Positions 1 through 9,718 of a stretch of DNA of 64,000 nt are shown here, one piece after another. Positions within the stretch are counted from its first letter, which is position 1. Each line of letters starts with the position of its first letter. The translations under genes were made by a program, and so were the position numbers. The notes beneath the pieces are model-generated. The model made no database searches and was not told the DNA's origin. It saw only the letters and a list, made by a program, of their open reading frames with translations. Location: the NCBI GenBank assembly GCA_046091005.1, contig JBJTAV010000151.1, positions 520-64,519 on the forward strand, given 5' to 3'. This DNA is from Gammaproteobacteria bacterium. GTDB lineage: Bacteria; Pseudomonadota; Gammaproteobacteria; Steroidobacterales; Steroidobacteraceae.

Positions 1-237
1 CACGTGCCGTGCTCCAGAGTTTTGAGACGACCGATCATGGCCTCGACGCGGGTACGGACCTGCTCATTGCGTTGCAGCAGCGTGGCGCGTTCGGTGGACA
101 GGCTATCTTGCCTTTGACGCAAGGCGCGATTTTCCTCGCGCAGGGCGCCGAGCACCCCGAGCAATTCGTCAACCTGTTTCTCGAGACGGCGGATTTCCGC
201 GTCGAGTCCGTTACGCTCGCTGGCCTTGTCGCTCATG
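1..237 (-). CDS. Small coiled-coil protein, N-terminal part only (runs off window start). ZapB-like / TIGR02449-type protein of the kind found next to zapA-ssrS
   Basis: Not in the ORF track because there is no stop in the window. Reverse-strand ATG at 237-235 gives MSDKASERNGLDAEIRRLEKQVDELLGVLGALREENRALRQRQDSLSTERATLLQRNEQVRTRVEAMIGRLKTLEHG, Leu/Glu/Arg-rich and heptad-like. Divergent from ygfB-pepP-ubiH, as is common in gammaproteobacteria. Confidence 0.5.
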
Positions 238-304
238 GCGAAAATTATAGGCTGTGGCACGCGCCGATCAATGCGAATCGGGGGGTCTTTGGCATAATCA
301 GCCC

Positions 305-862
305 ATGTCAGCCCCCGACTATCGTGATATCGAAAGCCACCTATCGAGCTCGCGGGCCCTGACCGACCTGCCCGAAGCCCACGGAACGCTGGCCGGAGCG
401 CTGTGCTCGGGCGAGCAATTGAACGTGCAGGACTGGTTGCGCGAAATCTTCCCCGAAGGTCGGGCGGGCGATGCCGAGGCCGCGCTGCATGCGGTATTCG
501 AATGGACCCGGCATGTGCTGCGCGCCGGTCAACTCGAATTTCAATTGCTGTTGCCGGGTGACGAGACGCCGGTCGCCGAGCGCGCCGTGGCGCTTGGGCA
601 GTGGTGCCAGGGCTTTCTCTACGGACTCGGTTCCAACCCCATCCCCGAGATCGAAGATTTGCCGGCTGATATCGGCGAGATCGTCCGCGACCTCACGGCC
701 ATGACGCGGATTGACGTCGACGAGAACGAGTCGCTCGAGGATAACGAGCAGGCCTACGCCGAACTGGTCGAGTTCGTGCGGGTGGGCGTGCAGTTGCTGC
801 ACGACGAACTGGCGCCGTTCCGCACGATGGCAGCCGATGACAACCCGGTCTCGCTGCACTGA
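305..862 (+). CDS. ygfB: UPF0149 family protein YgfB
   Basis: ORF 254..862 trimmed to the ATG at 305 (MSAPDYRDIESHL...). Acidic C-terminus and the conserved position immediately upstream of pepP-ubiH. Confidence 0.75.
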   Translation: MSAPDYRDIESHLSSSRALTDLPEAHGTLAGALCSGEQLNVQDWLREIFPEGRAGDAEAALHAVFEWTRHVLRAGQLEFQLLLPGDETPVAERAVALGQWCQGFLYGLGSNPIPEIEDLPADIGEIVRDLTAMTRIDVDENESLEDNEQAYAELVEFVRVGVQLLHDELAPFRTMAADDNPVSLH

Positions 863-863
863 C

Positions 864-2213
864 ATGTCGCGATCCAGCCACGTGAAGGAGTCGGCGCCGC
901 CGCCGCCGATCGGTCGCGACGAATTTGCCCGCCGCCGCCGCCAGTTGATGAAAAACATGGGGCGCGATTCGATCGCCATCGTGCCGGCCGCGCCCGTACA
1001 CCTGCGCAATAACGACGTCGAGTACGCCTATCGGCAGGACAGCAACTTCCATTATTTGAGCGGCTTTCCGGAACCCGAATCGGTGGTGGTGCTGGTTCCG
1101 GGTCGAGCGCAGGGCGAGTATTTGTTGTTCGTGCGTGATCGCGATCCGCAGCGCGAGACTTGGGATGGGCGTCGCGCAGGCCCGGTTGGCGCACGCCGCG
1201 ACTTCGGCGCTGACGATGCCTTTCCGATCGGCGATATCGACGAGATCCTGCCGGGACTCATGGAAGGTCGAGCAAAGATTTACTACACCGTCGGCGTCAA
1301 CCGTGACTTTGATCACCGGGTGGTTGGCTGGGTGAATGCGCTGCGTGCGCAGGCCAAGCAGGGGCGTCACGCGCCGCACGAGATGGTGGCGCTCGAGCAT
1401 GTCTTGCACGAGATGCGACTTTTCAAAAGTCGTGCCGAAATCGAGCAGATGCGCGAGGCTGCGCTCATTGCCGCGCGTGCGCACCTGCGGGCGATGCGGT
1501 ATTGCGAGCCCGGCCGTCACGAGTACGAGCTCGCTGCGGAGATCCAGCACGAGTTTCATTTGGCGCGTGCCGAGAACTCGTATCTGCCGATCGTCGGCGG
1601 CGGCGCCAATGGTTGCATCCTGCACTATCGGGAAAACTCTTCGCTGCTGCGGGCTGGCGAATTGGTGCTGATCGATGCCGGTTGCGAATACGAAACCTAC
1701 GCTGCGGATATCACCCGAACATTTCCGGTGAGCGGTCGATTCTCGGCCGCGCAGCGCGCGGCGTACGAGGTGGTACTCGAGGCGAATCTTGCGGCCATCG
1801 AGGCGGTGCGTCCGGGCAATGATTGGAATCGCCCGCATGAAGTCGCCGTGCAGGTTCTCACCGCCGGCATGGTGCGTCTCGGTCTGCTCAAAGGTCGGGT
1901 ACCGATGCTCGTCAAATCGCTCGCCTATCGGCGGTTCTACATGCATCGCACCGGCCATTGGCTAGGCATGGATGTGCACGACGTCGGTGATTACAAAATC
2001 GGCGAAGCCTGGCGGCAGCTCGAGCCCGGCATGGTGCTGACCATAGAGCCCGGGCTATACGTGCCGCCGGGCACGCGGGGCATTCCGCCGGAATTTCGCA
2101 ACATCGGCATTCGCATCGAGGACGATGTGCTGGTCACCCGCGACGGTCACGAGGTGCTCACCCATGGCGTGCCCAAAGATCCCGCCGCCATCGAAGCGGT
2201 GATGGCCTCTTGA
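864..2213 (+). CDS. pepP: Xaa-Pro aminopeptidase (aminopeptidase P)
   Basis: ORF 711..2213 trimmed to the ATG at 864, 1 nt after the ygfB stop. M24B metal-ligand motifs DAGCEY, HRTGHWLGMDVHD, TIEPGLY and IRIEDDVLVT. Confidence 0.9.
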   Translation: MSRSSHVKESAPPPPIGRDEFARRRRQLMKNMGRDSIAIVPAAPVHLRNNDVEYAYRQDSNFHYLSGFPEPESVVVLVPGRAQGEYLLFVRDRDPQRETWDGRRAGPVGARRDFGADDAFPIGDIDEILPGLMEGRAKIYYTVGVNRDFDHRVVGWVNALRAQAKQGRHAPHEMVALEHVLHEMRLFKSRAEIEQMREAALIAARAHLRAMRYCEPGRHEYELAAEIQHEFHLARAENSYLPIVGGGANGCILHYRENSSLLRAGELVLIDAGCEYETYAADITRTFPVSGRFSAAQRAAYEVVLEANLAAIEAVRPGNDWNRPHEVAVQVLTAGMVRLGLLKGRVPMLVKSLAYRRFYMHRTGHWLGMDVHDVGDYKIGEAWRQLEPGMVLTIEPGLYVPPGTRGIPPEFRNIGIRIEDDVLVTRDGHEVLTHGVPKDPAAIEAVMAS

Positions 2214-3478
2214 GTCCCATGGCCAATGTTGTGGTCAATGCCGAGACCAACGCCGAGCTCGTTGACGTCGCCATCGTCGGCGGTGGTTTGGTGGGCGCGA
2301 GCCTTGCGCTCGCGCTCGCGCCGACAGGTCTGCGGACGGCTTTGATCGAGGGTGTGGCACCCGATGCGACCGCACAGCCGAGTTTTGATGATCGCACTAC
2401 GGCGCTCGGCAACGGCACGCGTCGAACTTTTGAAGCGCTCGGTCTCTGGTCGCAGATCGCGACGCAGGCGGCGGCGATCCGGCGGATCCATGTCTCTGAT
2501 GCGGGCCGGTTCGGCTTCGCGCGTCTCGATGCCGCAGAGCATGGCATCGAGGCGTTCGGTTATGTCGTGACCAATCGAGTGCTGGGTGCCGCGTTGCAGT
2601 CGCGGCTGCGCGGACTGCCGGATCTGCGCTGGCGCGTGCCGGCGCGCTGCACAGCGGTAAGCATCGGCGAGCAAACGGTAGAGCTGCAGACCGAGCCCGA
2701 AAGTTTGCCGCTGCGGGCCCGCTTGGTGATCGCCGCGGACGGTGCGAATTCGCGCGTGCGCGAGGCAGCGGGTTTGGGCGCCGATATCGAAGATTACGCA
2801 CAGGTTGCGCTCGTTGCGCATGTGCGGGCGGCGCGCGCCGCCGACGGTACGGCGTTCGAGCGCTTTACGCCGAACGGTCCCTTTGCCGTTTTGCCGCTGC
2901 ACGATGGGGCCTACGGCGTGGTGTGGACGCTGGCGCCCGCCGAAGCCGAGCGCGTGCTGCAATACACCGATGCCGAATACCTGGCTGCCCTGCAGCAGGC
3001 TTTTGGTTGGCGGATCGGTCGTTTGCAGACGGTCGGTCGTCGTACGGCCTATCCACTGCGATTGTCGCGCGCGCAAACTTTGGTCGGACGCCGGGTCGCC
3101 CTGATCGGCAACGCGGCGCAGGGCTTGCATCCGGTGGCGGGGCAGGGGTTCAACCTCGGTTTGCGCGATGCCGCGACGCTCGCTGAATTGCTGGCCGAGG
3201 TGGTCACTCGGCAGGGTGCCGGGGCAGATATCGGTGCGCCCTCCGTACTCGAAGAATTCGCGAGCCGACGCCATGCTGATCGTGATGGTGTGACCCGCTT
3301 CACCGACGGGCTCGTGAAGTTGTTCGGCGATCAACGAGCGGGTGTGCCGTTGTTGCGTGACTTGGGTTTGTTGCTCTTCGATCTGTCACCGACCGCCAAG
3401 CAGGCGATGTCGCGACTCAGCTGGGGCTTTGCGGGGCGCACACCGCGCCTGGGTCGCGGCCTCGGAGTCATGCCGTGA
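2210..3478 (+). CDS. ubiH: FAD-dependent ubiquinone-biosynthesis hydroxylase (2-octaprenyl-6-methoxyphenol hydroxylase type)
   Basis: Start overlaps the pepP stop. N-terminal VAIVGGGLVGASLA dinucleotide fold and the GNAAQGLHPVAGQGFNLGLRD fingerprint of the UbiH/UbiF/COQ6 family. Confidence 0.85.
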   Translation: MSPMANVVVNAETNAELVDVAIVGGGLVGASLALALAPTGLRTALIEGVAPDATAQPSFDDRTTALGNGTRRTFEALGLWSQIATQAAAIRRIHVSDAGRFGFARLDAAEHGIEAFGYVVTNRVLGAALQSRLRGLPDLRWRVPARCTAVSIGEQTVELQTEPESLPLRARLVIAADGANSRVREAAGLGADIEDYAQVALVAHVRAARAADGTAFERFTPNGPFAVLPLHDGAYGVVWTLAPAEAERVLQYTDAEYLAALQQAFGWRIGRLQTVGRRTAYPLRLSRAQTLVGRRVALIGNAAQGLHPVAGQGFNLGLRDAATLAELLAEVVTRQGAGADIGAPSVLEEFASRRHADRDGVTRFTDGLVKLFGDQRAGVPLLRDLGLLLFDLSPTAKQAMSRLSWGFAGRTPRLGRGLGVMP

Positions 3479-4725
3479 GTTCGGCACCTGCGGCGACCAG
3501 CGAAATCTTTGATGTGGTGATCGTCGGTGGCGGCCCGGTCGGGGCTGCGCTCGGTGCGCTGTTGGTGCGTCTGCGGTCGCGCGGGTTGCGCGTGCTCTTG
3601 CTCGAGCGCGACTTGCCTGATCTCGCGCAGCCCATCGATGCGCGCGATCTGCGGGTCTTTGCCTTGTCGCGGGCCAGCGAACGGGTCCTGCGTGCAGCCG
3701 GCGCTTGGTCAGCTTTGGCGGCGGTGCCCGGCGTCCTCGCGTCTTATGAGCGCATGCATGTTTGGCCGCGCGATGCCGAACCGCGCAGCGAAGGCTCACT
3801 GACTTTTGATGCCGCCGAATTGGGTGAGGCGAACTTGGGCTATATCGTCGGCAACGCTGCGCTGCAGCGCGCGACGCTGGCGGCCTTCGTCGAGGGCGGC
3901 GGGACGGTGCAGCGCGCGCAGCTCGAAGATATTTGTTTTGCGGAGGCCGGGCTCGAGCTGCTCACCAGCGCAGGCCGATGCATGGCCAAGCTTGTCGTTG
4001 GTGCCGATGGTGGGCGATCGCGGGTGCGTGAGATCGCGGACCTGGGCGTCGAGGCCCAGGATTATCTGCAACTGGCCATCGTTGCCAATGTGCAGAGTGA
4101 GCGCCCTCACGAGCACACGGCTTGGCAGCGCTTCAGTGGTGAGGGCACGCTGGCGTTGCTGCCGCTGGCGAGCGGCGAGAGCTCCATCGTCTGGTCTTTG
4201 CCGCGGGCTCGTGCCGAGGCGCTGCTGGCCAGCCCGCCCCATGAATTTGCCAGCGAGCTGACGACCGCCAGCGCCGGGGTTCTGGGCGCGCTCGAACTCG
4301 CGAGTCTGCGTCGCAGTTTTCCGCTGCGCCGAGTCAATGCGCCGCAGTACACGCGCGAGCGCTGTGCACTGGTGGGCGATGCGGCACATATCGTCCACCC
4401 GCTCGCCGGACAGGGTGTCAATCTGGGTCTGCTCGATGCCGCGGCGCTCGCCGAAGTACTCGAGGCGGCAACCCTCGAGGGTGAGGATCCGGGTGCGCTG
4501 CGCGTCCTGCGTCGCTACGAGCGCTGGCGCAAAAGCGATAACGAACTCATGGCGACTGCGCTCGACCTCTTCAATCGCTTTTTGGCTTTCGGCGGCGATG
4601 AATGGTCGCGCTGGGTCGAGCGGGGTCTCGGCGTCGTGGGTCGCAGCGCGCTATTGCGTCGACCGTTTGCCGAGCGCGCGCTCGGGCTCGCGGGCGAACT
4701 GCCGCGCGTGGCGCGGCGCGCCTAG
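3475..4725 (+). CDS. ubiI: UbiH/UbiF/VisC/COQ6-family FAD monooxygenase (UbiI/VisC-like)
   Basis: Start overlaps the ubiH stop. Motifs VVIVGGGPVGAALG and GDAAHIVHPLAGQGVNLGLLD, in the second position of the ubiH-visC pair. Confidence 0.75.
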   Translation: MSSAPAATSEIFDVVIVGGGPVGAALGALLVRLRSRGLRVLLLERDLPDLAQPIDARDLRVFALSRASERVLRAAGAWSALAAVPGVLASYERMHVWPRDAEPRSEGSLTFDAAELGEANLGYIVGNAALQRATLAAFVEGGGTVQRAQLEDICFAEAGLELLTSAGRCMAKLVVGADGGRSRVREIADLGVEAQDYLQLAIVANVQSERPHEHTAWQRFSGEGTLALLPLASGESSIVWSLPRARAEALLASPPHEFASELTTASAGVLGALELASLRRSFPLRRVNAPQYTRERCALVGDAAHIVHPLAGQGVNLGLLDAAALAEVLEAATLEGEDPGALRVLRRYERWRKSDNELMATALDLFNRFLAFGGDEWSRWVERGLGVVGRSALLRRPFAERALGLAGELPRVARRA

Positions 4726-4766
4726 CACGCAGTCGCGTGCCGCCGTTGCAACCGCCGCCGCTGCGC

Positions 4767-5102
4767 TCAGCTCAGTCGGTCGATCTTGGCCGCACAGATG
4801 AAATCATTTTCGGTGAGGCCGTTCACGGCATGGGTGCTGTAGCGCAGCCGGCAGTAGTTGTAGCCGATCGCCAGGTCGGGGTGGTGATCCTCGAGGTTGG
4901 CGACATGCGCGACTGCGTTGACGAAACTCATCGTGCGATAAAAATCTTTGAACGACCATTCGCGTTGCAATTCACGGCCATCCGGTGACAGTCGCCACTC
5001 GGGTGCGAGTTGCTTCAGCAAGCGCGCGCACTCGGTGGCCGGCAACGGCGGCACACCACCCTCGCAGGGCAGGCATTTTTTCTCGATCAGGGTAGTGTTC
5101 AT
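4767..5102 (-). CDS. phhB: 4a-hydroxytetrahydrobiopterin (pterin-4-alpha-carbinolamine) dehydratase
   Basis: ORF 4767..5462 trimmed to the ATG at 5102 (MNTTLIEKKCLPCEGGVPPL...). EDHHPDL motif typical of PCD/DCoH; 111 aa. Confidence 0.85.
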   Translation of the reverse strand: MNTTLIEKKCLPCEGGVPPLPATECARLLKQLAPEWRLSPDGRELQREWSFKDFYRTMSFVNAVAHVANLEDHHPDLAIGYNYCRLRYSTHAVNGLTENDFICAAKIDRLS

Positions 5103-5131
5103 GAGGCTTTCTCCGCGGGTCGGTCTTGGCG

Positions 5132-6355
5132 TCAGCTGCCGCTGCGCCGCGGATAACTGCGGGCAACGTAGGCTTCGACGAGTTGCTGGAATTCTTCGGC
5201 GATGTGTTCGCCCTTCAGCGTCACGGTTTTTTCGCCATCTTCGTAGACCGGCGCGACCGGGCGCTCGCCAGTTCCGGGCAGGCTGATGCCGATGTTGGCG
5301 TGCTTGCTTTCGCCGGGCCCGTTGACGACGCAGCCCATCACGGCAACGTTCATCATCTCGACACCCGTGTATTCTTTGCGCCATTCGGGCATCCGGTGTC
5401 GGATATGCGACTGGATGGATTTCGCCAGCTCCTGGAAGTAGGTGCTCGTGGTGCGGCCGCAACCCGGGCAGGCGATGACCATGGGTACGAACGAACGCAG
5501 GCCCATGGTTTGCAGGATTTCTTGGGCGACGATCACTTCCTGGGTGCGATCGCCGTTCGGCTCCGGGGTGAGCGAAACACGGATGGTGTCGCCGATGCCG
5601 CGTTGCAGCAACACGCCGATGCCAGCCGTCGAGGCAACGATGCCCTTGCTGCCCATCCCGGCCTCCGTGAGGCCAACATGCAGCGGGTAGTCGCAGCGCG
5701 CCGCAAGGTCGGTGTAGATCGCGATCAGATCTTGTACGCCGCTCACCTTGGCCGACAGCACGATTGCATCGTGGGGCTGGCCTAATTCTTCGGCGCGCCG
5801 GGCGCTTTGCAGGCAGGACTCGACCACGGCCGCGCGCATGACTTCATTGGCACTACGCGGAGTTGGCGAGGCATTGTTCTCGTCCATCATGCGCGTCAGC
5901 AGATCGGAGTCGAGACTGCCCCAATTGACGCCGATACGGATGGGTTTTTGGTACTGACAAGCCGTCTCGATCATTTCGGCGAACTGCGGATCACGCTTGC
6001 TGCCGCGGCCGACGTTGCCGGGATTGATGCGATATTTGGCGAGCGCCTCGGCGCAGGCCGGGTGCGCCTTCAAAAGTTTATGGCCGTTGAAGTGGAAGTC
6101 GCCGACGAGCGGTACCTGCAGGCCCTCACGCGCGAGTCGATCACGGATATGCGGTACCGCTGCGGCGGCTTCCTCGGAATTGACGGTGACGCGCACGATC
6201 TCCGAGCCCGCGCGCGCGAGCGAACGCACCTGCTTCACGGTCGCCTCGATGTCTGCGGTGTCGGTGTTGGTCATCGACTGCACCACAATCGGCGAACCGC
6301 CACCCACTTTGACCCCGCCCACCACGGCGGCCACGCTTTGTCTGCGGCTGATCAT
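5132..6355 (-). CDS. ispG: 4-hydroxy-3-methylbut-2-en-1-yl diphosphate synthase (flavodoxin)
   Basis: ORF 5132..6877 trimmed to the ATG at 6355 ([33 protein letters not shown]...). Fe-S ligands CPGCGRT and GCVVNGPGE. The upstream 174 codons run antisense through the riboswitch and are spurious. Confidence 0.95.
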   Translation of the reverse strand: MISRRQSVAAVVGGVKVGGGSPIVVQSMTNTDTADIEATVKQVRSLARAGSEIVRVTVNSEEAAAAVPHIRDRLAREGLQVPLVGDFHFNGHKLLKAHPACAEALAKYRINPGNVGRGSKRDPQFAEMIETACQYQKPIRIGVNWGSLDSDLLTRMMDENNASPTPRSANEVMRAAVVESCLQSARRAEELGQPHDAIVLSAKVSGVQDLIAIYTDLAARCDYPLHVGLTEAGMGSKGIVASTAGIGVLLQRGIGDTIRVSLTPEPNGDRTQEVIVAQEILQTMGLRSFVPMVIACPGCGRTTSTYFQELAKSIQSHIRHRMPEWRKEYTGVEMMNVAVMGCVVNGPGESKHANIGISLPGTGERPVAPVYEDGEKTVTLKGEHIAEEFQQLVEAYVARSYPRRSGS

Positions 6356-6469
6356 CGACGAGTCTCCTGCTGTACCTGCTGTCGTGCGGTCCACTCTCTC
6401 ACGAGTCGCGCCTTTTCGCCCCGCGGGGCGAAAAGTGCTGCTATTATCGCTCCGTTCGCGCATTCCGAC

Positions 6470-6712
6470 CTTGCCGGAGAGATTCGCGACCTCGTGCTGG
6501 AGCCCTTTTGCAGGGGTCTCGCCTGGGTCGACGGACGCCGAAGGCGCAAGTTTCCGCCCGGAAACGCTCAGGCAAAAGAACGGCAGGTCGCAGGCGAGCT
6601 CTGGAGAGTGATCGTCCCGCAGTCCGAACGGACAGTCGGCGGTCCACCGAAGGGGAGCGGCCCGTCTGACGCAAGACTGGCCCGATCTCTCAGGTCCAAG
6701 GACAGAGGGGCG
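6470..6712 (+). promoter_or_regulatory. Tandem glycine riboswitch (two aptamers) in the gcvT leader
   Basis: Aptamer 1: CCGGAGAG at about 6474, ACGCCGAAGGCGCAA at about 6535-6549, CTCAGGCAAAAGAACGG at about 6567-6583. Aptamer 2: CTCTGGAGAG at 6599-6608, CCACCGAAGGGGAGC at about 6644-6658, TCTCAGGTCCAAGGACAGAGG at about 6687-6707. These match the conserved GGAGAG / CACCGAAGGGGCAA / CUCAGGCAAAAGGAC cores, and the element lies directly upstream of gcvT. Confidence 0.85.
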
Positions 6713-6747
6713 GCAGGAGTCACTGATTCCTGCCGCCCATTTTTTTG
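6709..6747 (+). terminator. Intrinsic terminator forming the expression platform of the glycine riboswitch
   Basis: GGCGGCAGGA (6709-6718), loop, TCCTGCCGCC (6728-6737), then CAT and TTTTTTT (6741-6747). The 5' arm overlaps the 3' end of aptamer 2. Confidence 0.75.
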
Positions 6748-6791
6748 GTTCCGGCGGTGACCAGGAGTTGTAGCACTCTTCGGGAGCCCGC

Positions 6792-7907
6792 ATGGGACGC
6801 AAGACACCTCTACATGGGCAGCCTGTCGCGCTCGGTGCGGGCATGGTCGATTTCGGCGGCTGGGACATGCCGGTCAACTACGGCTCGCAGATCGAGGAGC
6901 ACCATCGGGTGCGCCGCGCCGCCGGTATCTTTGATGTCTCTCACATGTGCGTCATCGACGTGCGCGGTCGCGACAGCCGCGGCTTTTTGCGTCGATTGCT
7001 CGCCAACGACGTCGACAAACTGCAGCTGCCAGGCAAAGCACTTTACAGCTGCATGCTGAACGCTGACGGCGGCGTGTTAGACGATCTCATCGTCTATTTC
7101 ATGAACGACGAGTGGTTCCGTGTCGTCGTCACTGCCGGTACTCGCGACAGCGATCTCCTCTGGATTCGTGCACGCGCTCGCGAGGAGCTCGCCCACCTCG
7201 ACATCATCGAGCGCGTTGATCTCGCCATGCTCGCGGTGCAGGGTCCTGAGGCCCGCGCCAAAGTCGTCGACTTGCTGGAATCGACGGATCGTGAAGCCGC
7301 ACTCGCTTTGCAGCCGTTTTCAGGGCGATTTTGCGGTGAATGGTTCGTGGCTCGTACTGGCTACACGGGCGAGGACGGCTTCGAAATCATGCTGCCGTAC
7401 GAAGAAATCAGCGCAGCCTGGCTCGCGCTGGTAGCGGCTGGCGTGGCGCCCTGTGGCCTCGGAGCGCGCGACACGCTGCGCCTCGAGGCCGGCATGAACC
7501 TCTATGGCAACGACATGGATGAGAGCAAACACCCACTCGAGTCGGGGCTTGCGTGGACGGTGGCCTTCGAGCCTGCGAGCCGCGATTTCATTGGTCGCGA
7601 GGCGCTCGAGCGTGTTCGTGCGGCGGGCGGTGCCACGCAGAAACTCGTCGGTCTTGTGCTCGAAGATCGCGGTGTGCTGCGTTCCCATCAAAAAGTGCTG
7701 ATCGAGGGTGTGGGTGAAGGCGAAATCACGAGCGGTACGTTCTCGCCGACCCTCGAGTGTTCGATTGCGCTGGCTCGTGTGCCGCGCGCCACCGGCGCGT
7801 CGGTGCAGGTGGATATCCGCGGCAAGTTGCTGCCGGCGCGGGTGGTCAAGCCGCCCTTCGTGCGCAATGGCCGTGCACTGATCAGTCTCTCAAAGAATTC
7901 AATTTGA
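6792..7907 (+). CDS. gcvT: Glycine cleavage system aminomethyltransferase T protein
   Basis: Motifs [12 protein letters not shown] and [18 protein letters not shown] ribosome-binding site 5 nt upstream of the ATG. Confidence 0.95.
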   Translation: MGRKTPLHGQPVALGAGMVDFGGWDMPVNYGSQIEEHHRVRRAAGIFDVSHMCVIDVRGRDSRGFLRRLLANDVDKLQLPGKALYSCMLNADGGVLDDLIVYFMNDEWFRVVVTAGTRDSDLLWIRARAREELAHLDIIERVDLAMLAVQGPEARAKVVDLLESTDREAALALQPFSGRFCGEWFVARTGYTGEDGFEIMLPYEEISAAWLALVAAGVAPCGLGARDTLRLEAGMNLYGNDMDESKHPLESGLAWTVAFEPASRDFIGREALERVRAAGGATQKLVGLVLEDRGVLRSHQKVLIEGVGEGEITSGTFSPTLECSIALARVPRATGASVQVDIRGKLLPARVVKPPFVRNGRALISLSKNSI

Positions 7908-7925
7908 CCTCAAAGGAGTTTGCCC

Positions 7926-8321
7926 ATGAGCCATGTCCCTGTGGATCGTCGCTACGCCAAATCCCACGAATGGGCGCGACTGCTGCCCGACGGTCGCGTG
8001 GAGATCGGCATCACCGACCATGCGCAGCACGCGCTCGGTGACCTGGTGTTCGTCGAAGTGCCGGAACCCGGTCGCGTGCTTGGCGCCGGCGAGGCTTGCG
8101 CCGTGGTCGAATCGGTGAAAGCGGCATCCGATGTGTATTCGCCGATCGCGGGCACTGTGCTCGAGAGCAACGCTGATCTCGGCAGCTCGCCCGAACTCAT
8201 CAATGAGGATTGCTACGACAAGGGTTGGATGACGCGCCTGCAACCCGCGTCGCCGGCCGCGCTCGATGCGCTGCTTGGGCCCGAGGCCTACGCGGCGCAG
8301 TTGGCTGCGGAGGGTGGCTGA
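7926..8321 (+). CDS. gcvH: Glycine cleavage system H protein (lipoyl carrier)
   Basis: AGGAG at 7914-7918 sits 7 nt before the ATG at 7926; the track ORF starts at a TTG at 7920. Lipoyl-lysine motif [12 protein letters not shown]. Confidence 0.95.
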   Translation: MSHVPVDRRYAKSHEWARLLPDGRVEIGITDHAQHALGDLVFVEVPEPGRVLGAGEACAVVESVKAASDVYSPIAGTVLESNADLGSSPELINEDCYDKGWMTRLQPASPAALDALLGPEAYAAQLAAEGG

Positions 8322-8322
8322 G

Positions 8323-9696
8323 ATGGCCTTCATTCCGCACACCGAGCACGACATCCGCGAGATGCTCGCGGCGATCGGCGCGCCCTCGATCGAGGCGCTT
8401 TTCGATGAAATTCCCGCCGCGCTGCGCGTGCAGGGACTCGATGGCATTCCCGAAAGCCTGTCCGAGATGGCGATCGCTCGCTTGATGAGTGAGCGCGCCC
8501 GTCAGGATGGCAGACCGCTGTCTTTCTTGGGCGCAGGCGCCTACGAGCATCACATCCCTTCGGCGGTGTGGGTGATCACGACGCGCGGCGAGTTCTACAG
8601 CGCGTACACGCCGTATCAAGCCGAGGCGAGTCAGGGCACGCTGCAACTGATCCACGAATATCAAACCATGATCAGCAGCTTGACCGGCATGGAAGTCTCG
8701 AACGCCTCGCTCTATGAAGGCGGTTCGGCGGTCGCCGAGGCTGCGCTGATGGCGGTCCGTGCGCATCGCAAATCGAAGAGCCTGCGTATCCTCGTGCCAA
8801 GCACGGTCAATCCCAATTATCGGCGTGTGGCAGTCAGCACCGCCGGCAATCAAGGACTGCGCTTCGAGAGCGTGGCGTATTCGCGCGAGAGCGGATGCAT
8901 CGATAGGGCGGCGCTCGAGGCCTTGCGGGGTGAGGATCTCGCTGCGCTGGTCATCCAGCAGCCCAATTTCTTTGGTCAACTCGAGGATGTCGATGCGCTC
9001 ACCGACTGGGCACATTCGGCCGGCATGCTGGTGATTGCAGTCGTCAACCCGACCTCGCTGGCCGTGCTCAAGCCACCCGGCGAATGGGGCACAAAAGGCG
9101 CAGATATTTGTGTCGGCGAGGGCCAACCGCTCGGCGTGCCGCTGTCATCGGGCGGGCCTTACTTCGGCTTCATGACCACGCGACTCGAGTACGTGCGCGC
9201 GATGCCGGGTCGTATTGTGGGTCGCACGGTCGATCTCGAGGGCAAGCAGGGTTACACGCTCACGTTGCAGGCGCGCGAACAGCACATTCGCCGCGGCAAG
9301 GCGACGTCCAACATCTGCACCAATCAGGGACTTTTGATGACGGCGGCGACGATCTACATGAGCCTGCTCGGCCCAGCCGGGCTCGCCAGAGTGGCCGAGA
9401 GCTGCATGGCGCGGACGCAGCAACTGCAGAGCGCGCTCTGCCGCGTGCGCGGTGTGCGTGCGGCGTTTGCGGGCGCGCGGTTTCACGAGAGCGTGTTGCT
9501 GCTCGATCGCCCCGTGGCCGCCGTGCTGCGCAGTCTCGAAACACAGGGCATTTTGGGTGGCGTTGATCTCAGCGCCGATTACCCGGAACTCGGACCCGCC
9601 CTGCTCGTTTGTGCGACCGAAACCAAAACCGACGACGACATCGAACGTTTCGCCGGCGCGCTCGGGGTCGCCCTGCAGGCTACGCGGGCGGCTTGA
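8323..9696 (+). CDS. gcvPA: Glycine dehydrogenase (decarboxylating), subunit 1
   Basis: ORF 8266..9696 trimmed to the ATG at 8323, 1 nt after the gcvH stop ([19 protein letters not shown]...). Two-subunit P-protein architecture. Confidence 0.95.
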   Translation: MAFIPHTEHDIREMLAAIGAPSIEALFDEIPAALRVQGLDGIPESLSEMAIARLMSERARQDGRPLSFLGAGAYEHHIPSAVWVITTRGEFYSAYTPYQAEASQGTLQLIHEYQTMISSLTGMEVSNASLYEGGSAVAEAALMAVRAHRKSKSLRILVPSTVNPNYRRVAVSTAGNQGLRFESVAYSRESGCIDRAALEALRGEDLAALVIQQPNFFGQLEDVDALTDWAHSAGMLVIAVVNPTSLAVLKPPGEWGTKGADICVGEGQPLGVPLSSGGPYFGFMTTRLEYVRAMPGRIVGRTVDLEGKQGYTLTLQAREQHIRRGKATSNICTNQGLLMTAATIYMSLLGPAGLARVAESCMARTQQLQSALCRVRGVRAAFAGARFHESVLLLDRPVAAVLRSLETQGILGGVDLSADYPELGPALLVCATETKTDDDIERFAGALGVALQATRAA

Positions 9697-9718
9697 GCCG
9701 CGCGCCACGGAGAACAGC

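Noticed and set aside
9-362. 117-aa + strand ORF at the window start
   Set aside because: It is antisense to a convincing coiled-coil CDS (1..237, minus strand) and runs through the divergent promoter region into ygfB. It has no motifs.
6356-6877. N-terminal extensions of track ORFs, such as ispG to 6877, pdxA to 27874, surA to 28970, the NUDIX gene to 59516, plsC to 56585, mreB to 45416, pepP from 711 and gcvPB from 9452
   Set aside because: The extensions overlap upstream genes or the riboswitch and have junk-like composition. The conserved protein N-termini begin at internal ATGs that sit right after the neighbouring gene's stop.
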